Shown: one piece after another, positions 1 through 10,560 of the stretch | Layout of the letters: every line of letters begins with the position of its first letter | Position numbering within the stretch: position 1 is the first letter of the stretch | Assembly: GCA_963801165.1 (NCBI GenBank) | Contig: CAWDDT010000011.1 | Span: forward strand, 320,001-384,000 | Origin: an uncultured bacterium | GTDB taxonomy: Bacteria > Actinomycetota > Acidimicrobiia > Spongiisociales > UBA5794 | Reading direction: 5' to 3' | Length of the DNA stretch: 64,000 bases | Program-made: the position numbers and the translations under genes | The notes under the pieces: model-generated | The model's database searches: none | Told to the model about the DNA's origin: nothing | What the model saw: the letters and a program-made list of their open reading frames with translations, nothing else

Positions 1-1076
1 GGATCAAGGTGGTCACCTCCTCAGGCGACTGGGTGTGGAAGCGCTTCGGCGAGATCCAGCCCGATGAGCTGGTTCCGCTCCAGCTCAACCAGCTCATCGG
101 CGAACCGCAGATCGTCACTCTGCCTCCGCTGGCGGAAGCGTATTGGACTTCGGACTACACGACGACCGTTCCGCGCTCGATGAACACTGAGCTGGCCGAG
201 TTCCTCGGCTACTTCATGGGTGACGGCTCACTCCACAGCAAGGGCATTCGACTCGCGGTCGCACAGGACGACTTTGACGTCGTCGAGCGTCTCAAGTTTC
301 TCGGCAAGGAGCTGTTCGGCCTCGAGGCGCACACGACAGCCAAGACCGGATACACGGAGGTCGCTTTCCATTCCGTTCGACTCACGCTCTGGTGGGAAGC
401 TTGCGGTTTCGCCAAGCAGGAACCGACCGAGGGACACGGCGGCAAGGGCTACCACCCGCATATCCCAGATGCGGTGTTGCACAGCAACGATCGCCGCGTA
501 TATGCCGCGTTCGCTCGCGGCCTGTTCGAGGCTGATGGGACCGTTGCGGCGGGCGCCTACCCAAGCTGGTCAACCACCTCACTGGAGTTCTCACGCGACA
601 TGCAATCACTGTTGCTCGCGATGGGCTACCCAACGACACGTAAGCTCGATCGCACCGGCTGGGGTGACTCGGATCTCGCCGTGCTCAGAGTCCTGAACCT
701 GTCGAACAACGACGCGTGGGCGCAAGAGATCGGTTTCATGAGCACGCGGAAACAGAGCGCCATCGCAACCGGAGACCATCCACAGACGGCTCGTCACGAC
801 CACATCCCGGTTACCCGTGAGCTCATCGAAAGCCTCGCACCCGACAACGACCACCTGCGCAGAACGCTGCTCCTCAGCCTGTCGCGCATCGGGATGGTCT
901 CGCGTCGCTCCGCCGAAAAGTTGTTGGCCCGTACGGGTGATGCCGAGCTGGCCCACTTGCTGGGGTTCTTCTACGACCGGGTGGCCAGTGCAGAGCTGGG
1001 AGAGGAGCAGTACACATTTGATCTCTCAGTACCCGACAACGTCACATACGTGGCCAACGGATTCGTCTCCCACAAC
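1..1076 (+). mobile_element. Intein 1 with LAGLIDADG homing endonuclease (N-terminus lies upstream of the window)
   Basis: FLGYFMGDGS and FARGLFEADGTV endonuclease motifs; ends YTFDLSV..YVANGFVSHN followed by Thr (codon 1077-1079). Confidence 0.93.
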
Positions 1077-4055
1077 ACCATCGGCCTTTTGATGGATTGT
1101 GACACCACCGGTGTCGAGCCCGACTTCGCCCTGGTGAAGTTCAAGAAGCTCGCCGGCGGTGGGTACTTCAAGATCGCCAATCAGTCGATTGCCCCGGCGC
1201 TGCGACGACTCGGCTACTCGGACAACACGATCCAGAGCATCATCGAGTACGTGGTCGGCACCAACTCGCTGGCCCGGTCGCCCCATGTCAACATGGCGAC
1301 GCTGATCGCCAAGGGCTTCACCGCCGACGACCTCGACAAGATCGACGCGGTGTTGCCCGGTGTCTTCGAGATCGGCTTCGCCTTCAACCAGTGGACCCTC
1401 GGCCAAGACGTGATGCTGCGGCTCGGCTTCACGCCGGACCAATACAACGACCCCGGGTTCTCGATGCTGAAGGCGCTCGGGTACACCGACGCTGAGATCC
1501 AGGAAGCCAACGACTACATCTGCGGACACCAGACCATCGAAGGCGCACCGCATCTCCGTGACGAGCATCTGGCGGTGTTCGACACGGCTAACCGCAACGG
1601 CCGGATCGGCAAGCGGTTCATCCATCACACGGGTCACATCAAGATGATGGCCGCGGCACAGCCTTTCATTTCGGGCGCGATCAGCAAATGTGTCACCGGC
1701 GAGACGCTGTTGGCGACTGCAGATGGTCTGGTGAGGATCGGCGGCCTCCACCGCGGAGAAGCTCCCGACACGTTCCGCGACGAGATCGTCGAGGTGGCCT
1801 CGATCAATGGAACCCAGAAGACCGATGCGTTCTACTACGGCGGGGTGCGCTTGGTTCGGACCGCTACGTTGCGTTCCGGACATCGGGTGACGGGCACCCC
1901 CAACCATCGGCTGCTCACGGCACGAGACGGAACGCTCGTGTGGCGTCGGCTCGACGAGATCGAGGAGGGTGAGTATGTAGCTACTGCGTACGGAGCCGAT
2001 CTCTGGTCGACCACGCCATTCCGCTTCGACGACTTCGTCCCAGCCGATCCGCACGGCAACCAGAAGACCGTCGATATCCCGGTGGAGATGACCGAGGAAC
2101 TCGCCTTCCTGTTGGGCGCGTACGCGGCCGAAGGTCACACGACCAGGACCAACTGGACGATCACGATCACCAACGCCGACGAGGGTGTGCTGCAACGGGT
2201 GGCTGCGGCATGGCGCGGCGAGTTCCATGTTGAGCCGCGTATCAAGCGCCAGAGAGGCAAATGCCCGGCTGTTGTGGCTTCCTCCAAGCGAATCGTCGAG
2301 TTCCTCGAATACCTGGGCTCGGGACGAGTTGCTACCGAGAAGAGGATCCCCGACGCCGTGCTGCGGTCTCCCCGTCACATGGTGTTGTCTTTCCTCACCG
2401 GTATGTACCTCGACGGGTACACGATCGCCAAGGGCACCAACAACAAGATGGCGATCTGCGTCGCGTCCAACGGACTACTCGATGATCTCCAGGCCGTGCT
2501 CACCAACCTGGGTGTGGTCCACAACCGCATCACGAAGCACAACACCGAGTACGACAGAGACTTCGACGAGGTGATCGCTTCGGGACGCGAGGCGCGGAAG
2601 CTGGCCAAGCTCGTACCCTTCGCCGAAGTATCGAAGCGACGTCGGGCTGAAGATCTACTCCAGCAAGAGTACGCCCAGAGCACCGCCGATATCGTGCCAG
2701 GCCTCGATCCGAAGGATCTTTACGAGCTGATCCCGCACGGCCTGTCGGGTCGCAACGGGTGGGGTGAGCGGAGTCGTTTCTCTTTCCTGCTTGATCCGCG
2801 TACCAAGAATATTTCTCGCCGGACGCTCGAGCGCGTGGCGATGCTTCCGATGGTCGACTTGCCCGAGTGGTTGCATACCATCCTCGCCGACGGGCTTCAC
2901 TTCTCACCGGTCACCGCCGTGACGGACGCTGGCGAACGAGATGTGTACGACATTTCCGTACCGACAACCCACGCCTTCGTCGGCAACGGGATCGTGAACC
3001 ACAACACGATAAACATGCCCAACGAGGTGACCCGCGAGGACATCGCCGAGTCGTACAAGATGTCCTGGGAGTTGGGTCTCAAGGCCATGGCCATCTACCG
3101 CGACGGCTCCAAGGCGTCACAGCCGCTGTCGTCGCAGTCTGACGACGGGTACGCCGACGACGAGCCCGAGGAGCTCGAGGAAGCGCTCAGCGATGAGCTG
3201 GAGCTGGTCTCACATGGCAAGGTGCCCTGGCACGACATCATGCGGCCGGGAATCTCACCGACGGAGGCGTACGCCGACATCAAGCGGCCCCGCTTCTTGC
3301 TCCCCGGTCGACGTGCCGGCTACACGCAGGAGGCCCGGGTAGGTGGCCACAAGGTGTTCGTCCGCACCGGCGAGTACGAGGACGGGACGCTCGGTGAGCT
3401 GTTCATCGATCTGGCCAAAGAAGGTGCCACGTTGCGCGGCATTCTCTCCTGCTTCGCCATCGCGGTCAGCAAGGGTCTCCAATACGGCGTGCCGCTCGAG
3501 GAGTACGTGGACACGTTTACGTTCCAGACGTTCGAACCGCGCGGCATGGTCGAAGGTCACCCGAACATCAAGATGGCCAACTCGCTCATCGACTACGTCT
3601 TCCGGGCACTAGGGGTCGAGTACCTGAAGCGTGACGAACTGGCCCAGGTGCCACCCGATCGCAGCCGTGAGCTGCCCGAACCGCCAAAGGGCTTGGCCGT
3701 CGACGCCGGCATCCAGCTGGACCTCACCGACGCCGAGGCCGAGGTTGCGGTCGACGCGACCGTGGCGGCAGCCAGGTTCGCCGACGGTGAGGTGGTCGCT
3801 CCGGTGAGCGGAGGCTCCGGCAAGATCGAGACGTCGCAGGATGCCTACCGCAACAGCGGTGCGATCTCGACCGGCCCTGCGGCGGGCAATGGTGGCGTCG
3901 CCACAGCGGCGGCGATCCAGCAGAAGGCGATGCAGGTGGCAATGGCAGACAAAATGGGCGACGCCCCGCTGTGCGACACGTGCGGCGCCATCACGGTCCG
4001 CAACGGAAGCTGCTACGTCTGCCTTGGCTGCGGCGGGACCACAGGATGTAGCTGA
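1..4055 (+). CDS. nrdJ: Vitamin B12-dependent (class II) ribonucleotide reductase, 5'-partial, containing two inteins
   Basis: Extein motifs TIGLLMDCDTTGVEPDFALVKFKKLAGGG, QPFISGAISK|TINMP and GLKAMAIYRDGSK; C-terminal TSCPD-type region (GHKVFVRTGEYEDG) and CxxC..CxxC..GCS tail typical of NrdJ. Confidence 0.95.
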   Translation, partial: IKVVTSSGDWVWKRFGEIQPDELVPLQLNQLIGEPQIVTLPPLAEAYWTSDYTTTVPRSMNTELAEFLGYFMGDGSLHSKGIRLAVAQDDFDVVERLKFLGKELFGLEAHTTAKTGYTEVAFHSVRLTLWWEACGFAKQEPTEGHGGKGYHPHIPDAVLHSNDRRVYAAFARGLFEADGTVAAGAYPSWSTTSLEFSRDMQSLLLAMGYPTTRKLDRTGWGDSDLAVLRVLNLSNNDAWAQEIGFMSTRKQSAIATGDHPQTARHDHIPVTRELIESLAPDNDHLRRTLLLSLSRIGMVSRRSAEKLLARTGDAELAHLLGFFYDRVASAELGEEQYTFDLSVPDNVTYVANGFVSHNTIGLLMDCDTTGVEPDFALVKFKKLAGGGYFKIANQSIAPALRRLGYSDNTIQSIIEYVVGTNSLARSPHVNMATLIAKGFTADDLDKIDAVLPGVFEIGFAFNQWTLGQDVMLRLGFTPDQYNDPGFSMLKALGYTDAEIQEANDYICGHQTIEGAPHLRDEHLAVFDTANRNGRIGKRFIHHTGHIKMMAAAQPFISGAISKCVTGETLLATADGLVRIGGLHRGEAPDTFRDEIVEVASINGTQKTDAFYYGGVRLVRTATLRSGHRVTGTPNHRLLTARDGTLVWRRLDEIEEGEYVATAYGADLWSTTPFRFDDFVPADPHGNQKTVDIPVEMTEELAFLLGAYAAEGHTTRTNWTITITNADEGVLQRVAAAWRGEFHVEPRIKRQRGKCPAVVASSKRIVEFLEYLGSGRVATEKRIPDAVLRSPRHMVLSFLTGMYLDGYTIAKGTNNKMAICVASNGLLDDLQAVLTNLGVVHNRITKHNTEYDRDFDEVIASGREARKLAKLVPFAEVSKRRRAEDLLQQEYAQSTADIVPGLDPKDLYELIPHGLSGRNGWGERSRFSFLLDPRTKNISRRTLERVAMLPMVDLPEWLHTILADGLHFSPVTAVTDAGERDVYDISVPTTHAFVGNGIVNHNTINMPNEVTREDIAESYKMSWELGLKAMAIYRDGSKASQPLSSQSDDGYADDEPEELEEALSDELELVSHGKVPWHDIMRPGISPTEAYADIKRPRFLLPGRRAGYTQEARVGGHKVFVRTGEYEDGTLGELFIDLAKEGATLRGILSCFAIAVSKGLQYGVPLEEYVDTFTFQTFEPRGMVEGHPNIKMANSLIDYVFRALGVEYLKRDELAQVPPDRSRELPEPPKGLAVDAGIQLDLTDAEAEVAVDATVAAARFADGEVVAPVSGGSGKIETSQDAYRNSGAISTGPAAGNGGVATAAAIQQKAMQVAMADKMGDAPLCDTCGAITVRNGSCYVCLGCGGTTGCS
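1689..3005 (+). mobile_element. Intein 2 (439 aa) with LAGLIDADG homing endonuclease
   Basis: Starts CVTGETL after ISK; block B VTGTPNH; LLGAYAAEGH and FLTGMYLDG motifs; ends VYDISV..FVGNGIVNHN followed by Thr; removal restores GAISK-TINMP. Confidence 0.95.
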
Positions 4056-4101
4056 GCGGCGTGTCTCTTCGAGACACGTCAAGGAAGGCAATCCAGCTAT
4101 G

Positions 4102-4132
4102 AGTTGAGGGGCCCGTGCGGGGCCCCTCAACT
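4102..4132. terminator. Hairpin after nrdJ, possibly bidirectional terminator
   Basis: 13-bp perfect stem AGTTGAGGGGCCC-gtgcg-GGGCCCCTCAACT between convergent ORFs. Confidence 0.7.
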
Positions 4133-4148
4133 GCACTCACCACCGTTC

Positions 4149-4457
4149 TCAGAGCTTGTGGTCGAAGAGGAAGTCGAGGATCACGCCGGTCGGGTATTTC
4201 GTCCAGCGATGACCGCCGAACTCGAGCAAAACGGTCTCGACATCGGCACCGTCGGCGCAGCCGTGGTACTCGGAGATGTCGTACGCCAGGTCATCGACCG
4301 CCACCGGGTTGAGCTGACAACCATTGTGCTCCGCCCACATGTCGACATAGTCGGCGGGATTCAGTGTGATCGCTGCGACCATGGCGGTCTGGGCCTCGTC
4401 CGCTCCGAGGCGCCGCACGGATTCCGCGACAACTCCTGGTTCGGCACCCTCGAGCAA
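4149..4457 (-). pseudogene. C-terminal fragment of a PHB-depolymerase/LpqC-like alpha/beta hydrolase
   Basis: WAEHNGC and GGHRW..ILDFL resemble the C-terminal W..NGC / GGHxW motifs of this esterase family; N-terminal catalytic Ser region absent. Confidence 0.5.
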
Positions 4458-4465
4458 ACCAGGGT

Positions 4466-4813
4466 CTTGCCCCTCATGAGATCGGGACCCGTGACATCGA
4501 CTTCAGCAGCGACGGGTCGAGGATGGCGACGGTCGGAGACGATGGCTACGCCAGGGTGTGGGATCTCGAAACGCTGACGCTGCTCGATGAGATCGAGGTC
4601 GGAGGCCTGCCCACGGCTGTCGCCTTCGCCGAAGATGACACACAACTGGCGGTTGTCACCAGAGCAGGGGGCGTACGCATCTTCGACCTGGAACTCGACA
4701 AAATCCTCGATGAAGCCCAACAACGCCTCCGCCGTGGATTCACCGAGGATGAGTGCCGGGTTTACTTCCCGGACGGGGATTGCCCGACCATGCAGGAAGT
4801 CCTGGCGGGCTAG
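4466..4813 (+). pseudogene. Orphan C-terminal WD40 fragment of a STAND-WD40 protein
   Basis: HEIGTRDIDFSSDGSRMATVGDDGYARVWD repeat and RGFTEDECRVY tail matching the tails of the two full-length STAND-WD40 genes here (RDMTAEECQQY, RSLSDTECQTF). Confidence 0.7.
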
Positions 4814-4857
4814 GTACAGCCTCGGTTTTGCCAACGATTCGGGGGTGCAGAGCCATT

Positions 4858-4874
4858 TTGACGATCCTTTGACG
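4858..4874 (+). promoter_or_regulatory. TTGACG-N5-TTGACG direct repeat, putative SARP binding site
   Basis: TTGACG at 4858 and 4869 (11-bp period), about 90 bp upstream of SARP-STAND gene 1. Confidence 0.55.
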
Positions 4875-4962
4875 TCGCCAGGCGAACATCGGGCTACCGA
4901 TTGCTCTGGAAGGTGGCACGACCGTGGGCACAGCTGGCAGATCTCTCCTGTATGTTCAAAAA

Positions 4963-7900
4963 GTGGAATTCCATGTCTTGGGTCCGATAGAGGTTGTCAC
5001 CGGCGGAGAGCGGCTCGAGCTCGGCGGCCCCAAGCAACGGACCCTGCTGGCGCTCCTGGTAGCGAATGCAGGCAGGCCGATGAGCACGGATGCCCTCATC
5101 GATGGGGCCTACGGTGATGAAGCCCCGGACGGTGCTCGCCGCTCGGTTCAGACCTACATATCAAACCTTCGCTCCCTCATCGGCGACACGATTCGGTCGG
5201 TGCCTTCCGGATACCAGTTCACCCCGATCGATTCCTGGATCGATGCCGACCAATTCGTTTCCCAGGCGGAGAGCGGCCGTGCGCTGATGGAGGAGGACCC
5301 CGCGAAAGCCGGCACCGAGCTGAGGGAAGCACTGGCGCTGTGGCGGGGCCACCCATTCTCGGACGTCGAGGCCCGAGGCCATCTCGACTCCGAGATCACC
5401 CGACTCAACGAGCTGCGGCTCGTTGCGCTGGAGACCCGTATCGACGCCGACCTGGCCGCAGGAAGAGATCGTGAGCTGGTTGGCGAGCTCGAGGCGCTCA
5501 CGGCCGAGTACCCCTTTCGTGAGTCGTTTCGCTCCCAGCACATGCTGGCGCTCTATCGCTCCGGTCGGCAGGCGGACGCCCTCCGGGCTTACACCCGGAT
5601 GCGGGAGGACCTCGTAGAGCAGCTCGGAGTGGACCCGTCCCCGGATCTTCGTCTACTGGAGCAGCGAATCCTCGACCAGGACCCGACCCTGACGCTGTCT
5701 CCTCAGAGCGCAGTGAGACGCAGAGCAGTACTGGTCGTGGACCTGGCCGACATCTCAACAACCGGGCTGGCCGAACCGGATGAGCGCCGCCGGGTCCTCG
5801 CGGACATCGACCGGGCCTTGGAAACCGCGATCGCCGGGGCGAGCGGGGTGTTTGCAGCTCAGCAAGCCACCGCCACCTACAGCACTTTTGATGACGTGCA
5901 GTCTGCAATCAGAGCGGTTGCCGCAATCAGCCGTAGCGTACCGGGGCTCGATGGGCATCCTCTCGTTCGCATGGCTGTCGACGTTGGGCAGGTGGAAGAA
6001 GAACCGACCGGCGCCATCGCCGGACCAGCCGTCATTCGAGCCGCAGGCCTCGTGGCTATGTCGCATCCGGGCCAGGTCCTCTTGTCTTCCGAAGCGCAAA
6101 CGGACATTGCCGCAGATACGGACGGAGGAGCGCTGGTGCGCAGCCTGGGACGTCACCCGATTGCCCGGCTCGAGCAGCCCGAGACCATCCACCAGCTCGT
6201 CATTGACGGCCTTGCCTCCCGCTTCCCGGCGCTGCGCACCGGCGCTGAACCTCCGGGGCTGCCCACCACCGGTGTTGGCGTTCCCGGCTATGAGCTGAGG
6301 GAGGAAATCGGCCATGGCCTCTTCGGCACGGTCTACCGCGGGTATCAACCGTCAGTCGGGCGTGAGGTTGCTATCAAAGTGATCAAGCCCAATCTGGCCA
6401 ACAGCCCCGGGTTTATTCGCCGGTTCGCCGTCGAAGCCCGGATGATTTCCCAGATCGAGCATCCCAACGTGGTTCCCCTGTACGACTTCTGGAGGGGGCC
6501 GGACCGGGCGCTCCTAGTGATGCGACTCATGCGCGGCGGCAACCTAACCGACTGGAGGGAGAGCGGGGAGATGACCCGCGACGTGGCGCTCCGACTCGTC
6601 GATCAGGTGGGTGGTGCGCTGGCGACCGCTCACAAGCTCGGCATCGCCCACGGCGACGTCCAGGCCACCAACATCCTGCTGAACGACGCCGGCGACTTCT
6701 ATCTCAGCGACTTCGGGATCGCCGGCGAGATGCCAATCCTCGGTGGCGAGATGGCGCAGCAGCTGGACGTAGCCGCCTTTGCCTCGATGGTTGCCGCCAC
6801 TATGGGACCGGGTTTGCTCGGCGATGCAGAAGCCGGCGTCCTGGAGGCGGGGCGCCGTGGCGACTTCACCACGGCGGGACAGCTGTTGAGTGCGTGGCGT
6901 CTTGCGGTCGGCGCCGCCGCTGAATCGCCGACCTACACACCCAGCCGAAACCCGTACAAAGGCCTGGTCGCGTTCGGCGAGTTGGACAAGCAGGACTTCC
7001 ACGGCCGTGTTGCAGTAACTGAGGACCTGCTGGCTGCCGTCGCGGCTAAACGTCTCGTGGCCGTGGTTGGGCCGTCCGGCATCGGCAAGTCATCGGTGGT
7101 GCGTGCGGGTTTGCTCCCGGAGCTGCGGAGCGGAGGGGTCCCCGGCTCCGACCGGTGGCTGATTGCCGACTGCATTCCCGGGCCACATCCTTTCGAGCGC
7201 CTGGCCACATCGATCATGCGGGTGGCATCCACGTTCCCGCACGACCTCGAGGAATTGCTGGGTGAAAGCGATCGGGGGCTCGTCAAGACGGTCGACCGCT
7301 ACCTACCTCCGGACTCGCACCTGCTGCTCGTGATCGACCAGTTCGAGGAGCTGTTCACTCTCGCTAGGGACGAGGACACACGTGACCGGTTCCTCCGCCT
7401 GCTCGCCGCATCGGTGACCGATGAGGCGGCGTCGATACGGGTCCTGATCACTGCCCGGTCGGATTTCCTGGACCGCCCGCTGCGACACCCCGCATTTGGC
7501 GAGCTGATCCGACGAGGAACGGTCCTGGTCTCTGCCCCAACCGACGCGGAGCTACGCCTGATCATCGAACGTCCGGCAGCCAGAGTCGGAGTCGACTTCG
7601 AACCGGGTCTCGTCGAACGCATAACCAATGAGGTACACGGCGAGGCCGGGGCACTCCCGCTACTCGAGTTCACGCTCACCGAGCTCTTCGAGCAGCGCGA
7701 CTCGAATCTGCTCACGCTCGACGCCTACCGGTCATCGGGCGGAGTAACCGCCGCGCTGGGCCGCCGTGCCGAAGGTGTCTATTCGAGTTTCCAACCCGAA
7801 GACCATGACATCGTACGCCAGGTGTTCATGCGGCTCGTCACACCAGGCGCAGATGGTCGCGACACTCGAAGACGAGTCCGCGTCTCCGAGCTGGAGCTGC

Positions 7901-10501
7901 TCGACCTCGACGCAGAGACGCTCCAGCTGACTCTGACCGCGTTTGGCAAGCATCGCCTGCTCACCTTCGATCACGACGAAATCACCCGGGGCGCAACGGT
8001 GGAAGTGGCACATGAAGCACTGCTGCATGAATGGCCCCGTCTGGCAAACTGGATCGACGAGCATCGCGAGGAGCTATTGCTGCGCAGCCGGCTCGCTGTC
8101 GCCGTCGCCGACTGGGAATCCTCGGATCGGTCCGATTCGTACCTCCTGAGCCGGGGCCGCCTTGCCCAGCACGAGACTTGGACCACAGGGTCGGGTCTCA
8201 CCCTGTCGCGGGGAGAGCGGGAGCTGCTCGAGTCGAGCCGCCGTGCCGAGGATGAGCGCGCCTTGGCCCGGCGCCGTCTTCGCCGGGCAATCATGAGTGG
8301 CCTGGCTATCGCTGCCGCGGTTGGTGTCGTGTTGTCCGCCGTCGCCTTCAACGCAAGCCGGCACGCCGGTGAGAGCGAGCGAGTTGCTCTCTCCCAGGCC
8401 GCAGATGCCGAGGCAGCCCACGTTGAGGCGCAACAAAGTGCAACGCTCGCTCAGGCTCGAGAGTTGATCCTGGGAGCAGAAAAGGCCACCGCCGGCGATT
8501 CGGAGCTCGGAATCCAACTCGCCATCCGTGCGATTGAGCGTTTCGAAGCGACGGGTGACGTCCCGGGCGAAGCGGTGACCGCCCTCCGCAGCGCAATCGC
8601 CGGCAACCGCGTTGTCGCCAGGTTTCCATCGAGCCCATTCGTTGCAGCAAATCCCGACGGATCCAGCTTTGCCATCGCAAGCCAGGACGGTGGCGTCTCA
8701 ATCATCGATGCAGAGTCGTTCGAGCCGATCGACTCGCTCTCGATCGAAACCGGCCCGGCGGTGTACGCCTCGTACTCCGGTGACGGGGCGGAGATGTTCA
8801 TAGCGGGAATCAACCCGGAAGGTCGAGCGGTTATCTGGGCGGTGGACACGAAAGATGGATCTCGAGAGCTGCTGCCGGGCCCGGCAGGGGGCTTGGATGT
8901 GACCATCGATCTCAATGTCGACGTCAGCGCGACCGGTGACGTGGCAGAGCGTCGGGACGGGGTGCTAACCATGTGGGACCGCGCCACCGGCAATTCGTTG
9001 TTCGAACTCCCGGCAGCCCCGTTTAGCGGGTCCGACTTCGCCCGGGACGGGCGCCTGGCATACGTAGCACTCGACAGCGCCGGTAACCCGACGCTGAATG
9101 TCGTCGACGGGACAACGGGTGAGCAACTCGACAGCATCGCGATCAGCTCCTTTGTACCGAGTTATGTGACCTTCTCGCCGGACGGCCGTCGCGTTGCGCT
9201 GTCGGAGGACACGGGTTGGGTTGGTGTCGTCGATCTCGACACCAAAGACCAGCCCTGGCGCCCGTTCCAGCTCAACAGGGCGAATTACCCCCTATGGAGT
9301 CCCGATGGCTCGAACCTGCTGATCGGTGGGGAGCGGCCGCTCGAAGTTCTCGAAGCAGCCACCGGTCTCGAAGTCACAGAACTGGCTACCGGCTCCGGGG
9401 GCAGCCTGGCGTATGCGTGGGTCCCCGGCTCGGACCTCGTTGTCATGAACACATACGAAGACGACACTCTCGTGCTCGACCTTGCCAGCACATCCCCGGA
9501 AGCTCTAGAAAGCATCGAATCGCCGATCGGCGCCCTCGGGCTGCGCGTGACCCCGGACGGTGAGCGGATCGTCGCCCGGGAAGCGGCGTCGGGCTTCGCT
9601 ACGGTCGACCTGCGGAGCGGAGACGTTGTCTCCGGTGTCGAGCGGCGGGACCCAACGCCGGTGACGCTCGACATTGGCATGTCGATTCTCACCGCCGATG
9701 GTCAGTTCGCTTCCGCTCTCGACGATGACATGCGGTACAAGATCTGGCCGACCACCGGTGGTGAGCCCATCTACACGGCCGAGTCCGGCTGGGTCATCGT
9801 TGGATTGAACGCCGACGCGTCGCTCGCAGTACTCAAGAAGGATCAGGATCCGACTGCGCGGCTGGTCGACACCAACACCAATCGGTTGGTCGCCGAATTG
9901 GACGTGGGACCCTGGCTCCCGTTTGCGACGTTCTCGCCCGACGGTCGCTACCTCATCGGCTCGACCGATGAGACCCCCGATGCCTTCCGGGTGTTCGATA
10001 CCTCCGACGGCTCACTGGTCGCCCAATTTGGCGGCGAGACGAACGAGTACGCGAGGTCTCTGGGTCAGGTTCGTGCCGACAGGCGACACCGTCGTGGTGA
10101 CGACGCCTCGTGGCGATGTCATCATCTTCGACTTCCTCGCAATCCTCAACGGAGCCGCCACCGAGGACGCCATCACCAGAATCATCAATGCCCACGACAG
10201 TTTCGTCTTCGAACCGGCCATCTCGCCGGATGGCACGATGCTGGCGACGAACGCCCAGGGCGAGCCAGCCCGGGTGTGGGACATCGCAACCGGGCGCCTT
10301 CTCGACGAAGTCGGAACGGGCGGATCCAAGGCGGTCGCCTTCGATCCGATAAAGCCGTGGCTCTATGTCGCCGAAGGCAACACAATCACAGCCCACACCC
10401 TCGATATCGACGCTCTCGTTGCGCTCGGTCGTTCGACGCTCACCAGGGATATGACAGCCGAGGAGTGCCAGCAGTACCTGCACGGCCCCTGCGACGCCTA
10501 A
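4963..10501 (+). CDS. SARP (wHTH-BTAD) - cyclase-like - Ser/Thr kinase - nSTAND1 NTPase - TM - WD40 protein; frameshift near 10055
   Basis: FHVLGPIEV..GGPKQRTLL, MLALYRSGRQADAL (BTAD), kinase VAIKVI..DFG, RNPYKGL, Walker A GPSGIGKSS, Walker B VIDQFEELF, VEVAHEALL, hydrophobic segment, WD repeats. C-terminus continues in the 9923-10501 frame. GTG 4963 lies 6 nt after a TATGTT -10. Confidence 0.88.
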
Positions 10502-10560
10502 CGGGATTCGCGGCGTGACCAGGGGCGCAGCGATCGCCCGACCATGGAGAACCCGTCGAC

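Noticed and set aside
9953-10560. Apparent long antisense overlap between the 1864-aa and 1204-aa ORFs
   Set aside because: Both tails are out-of-frame read-through after frameshifts; family-like ends lie at 10501 (+) and 10561 (-) and do not overlap
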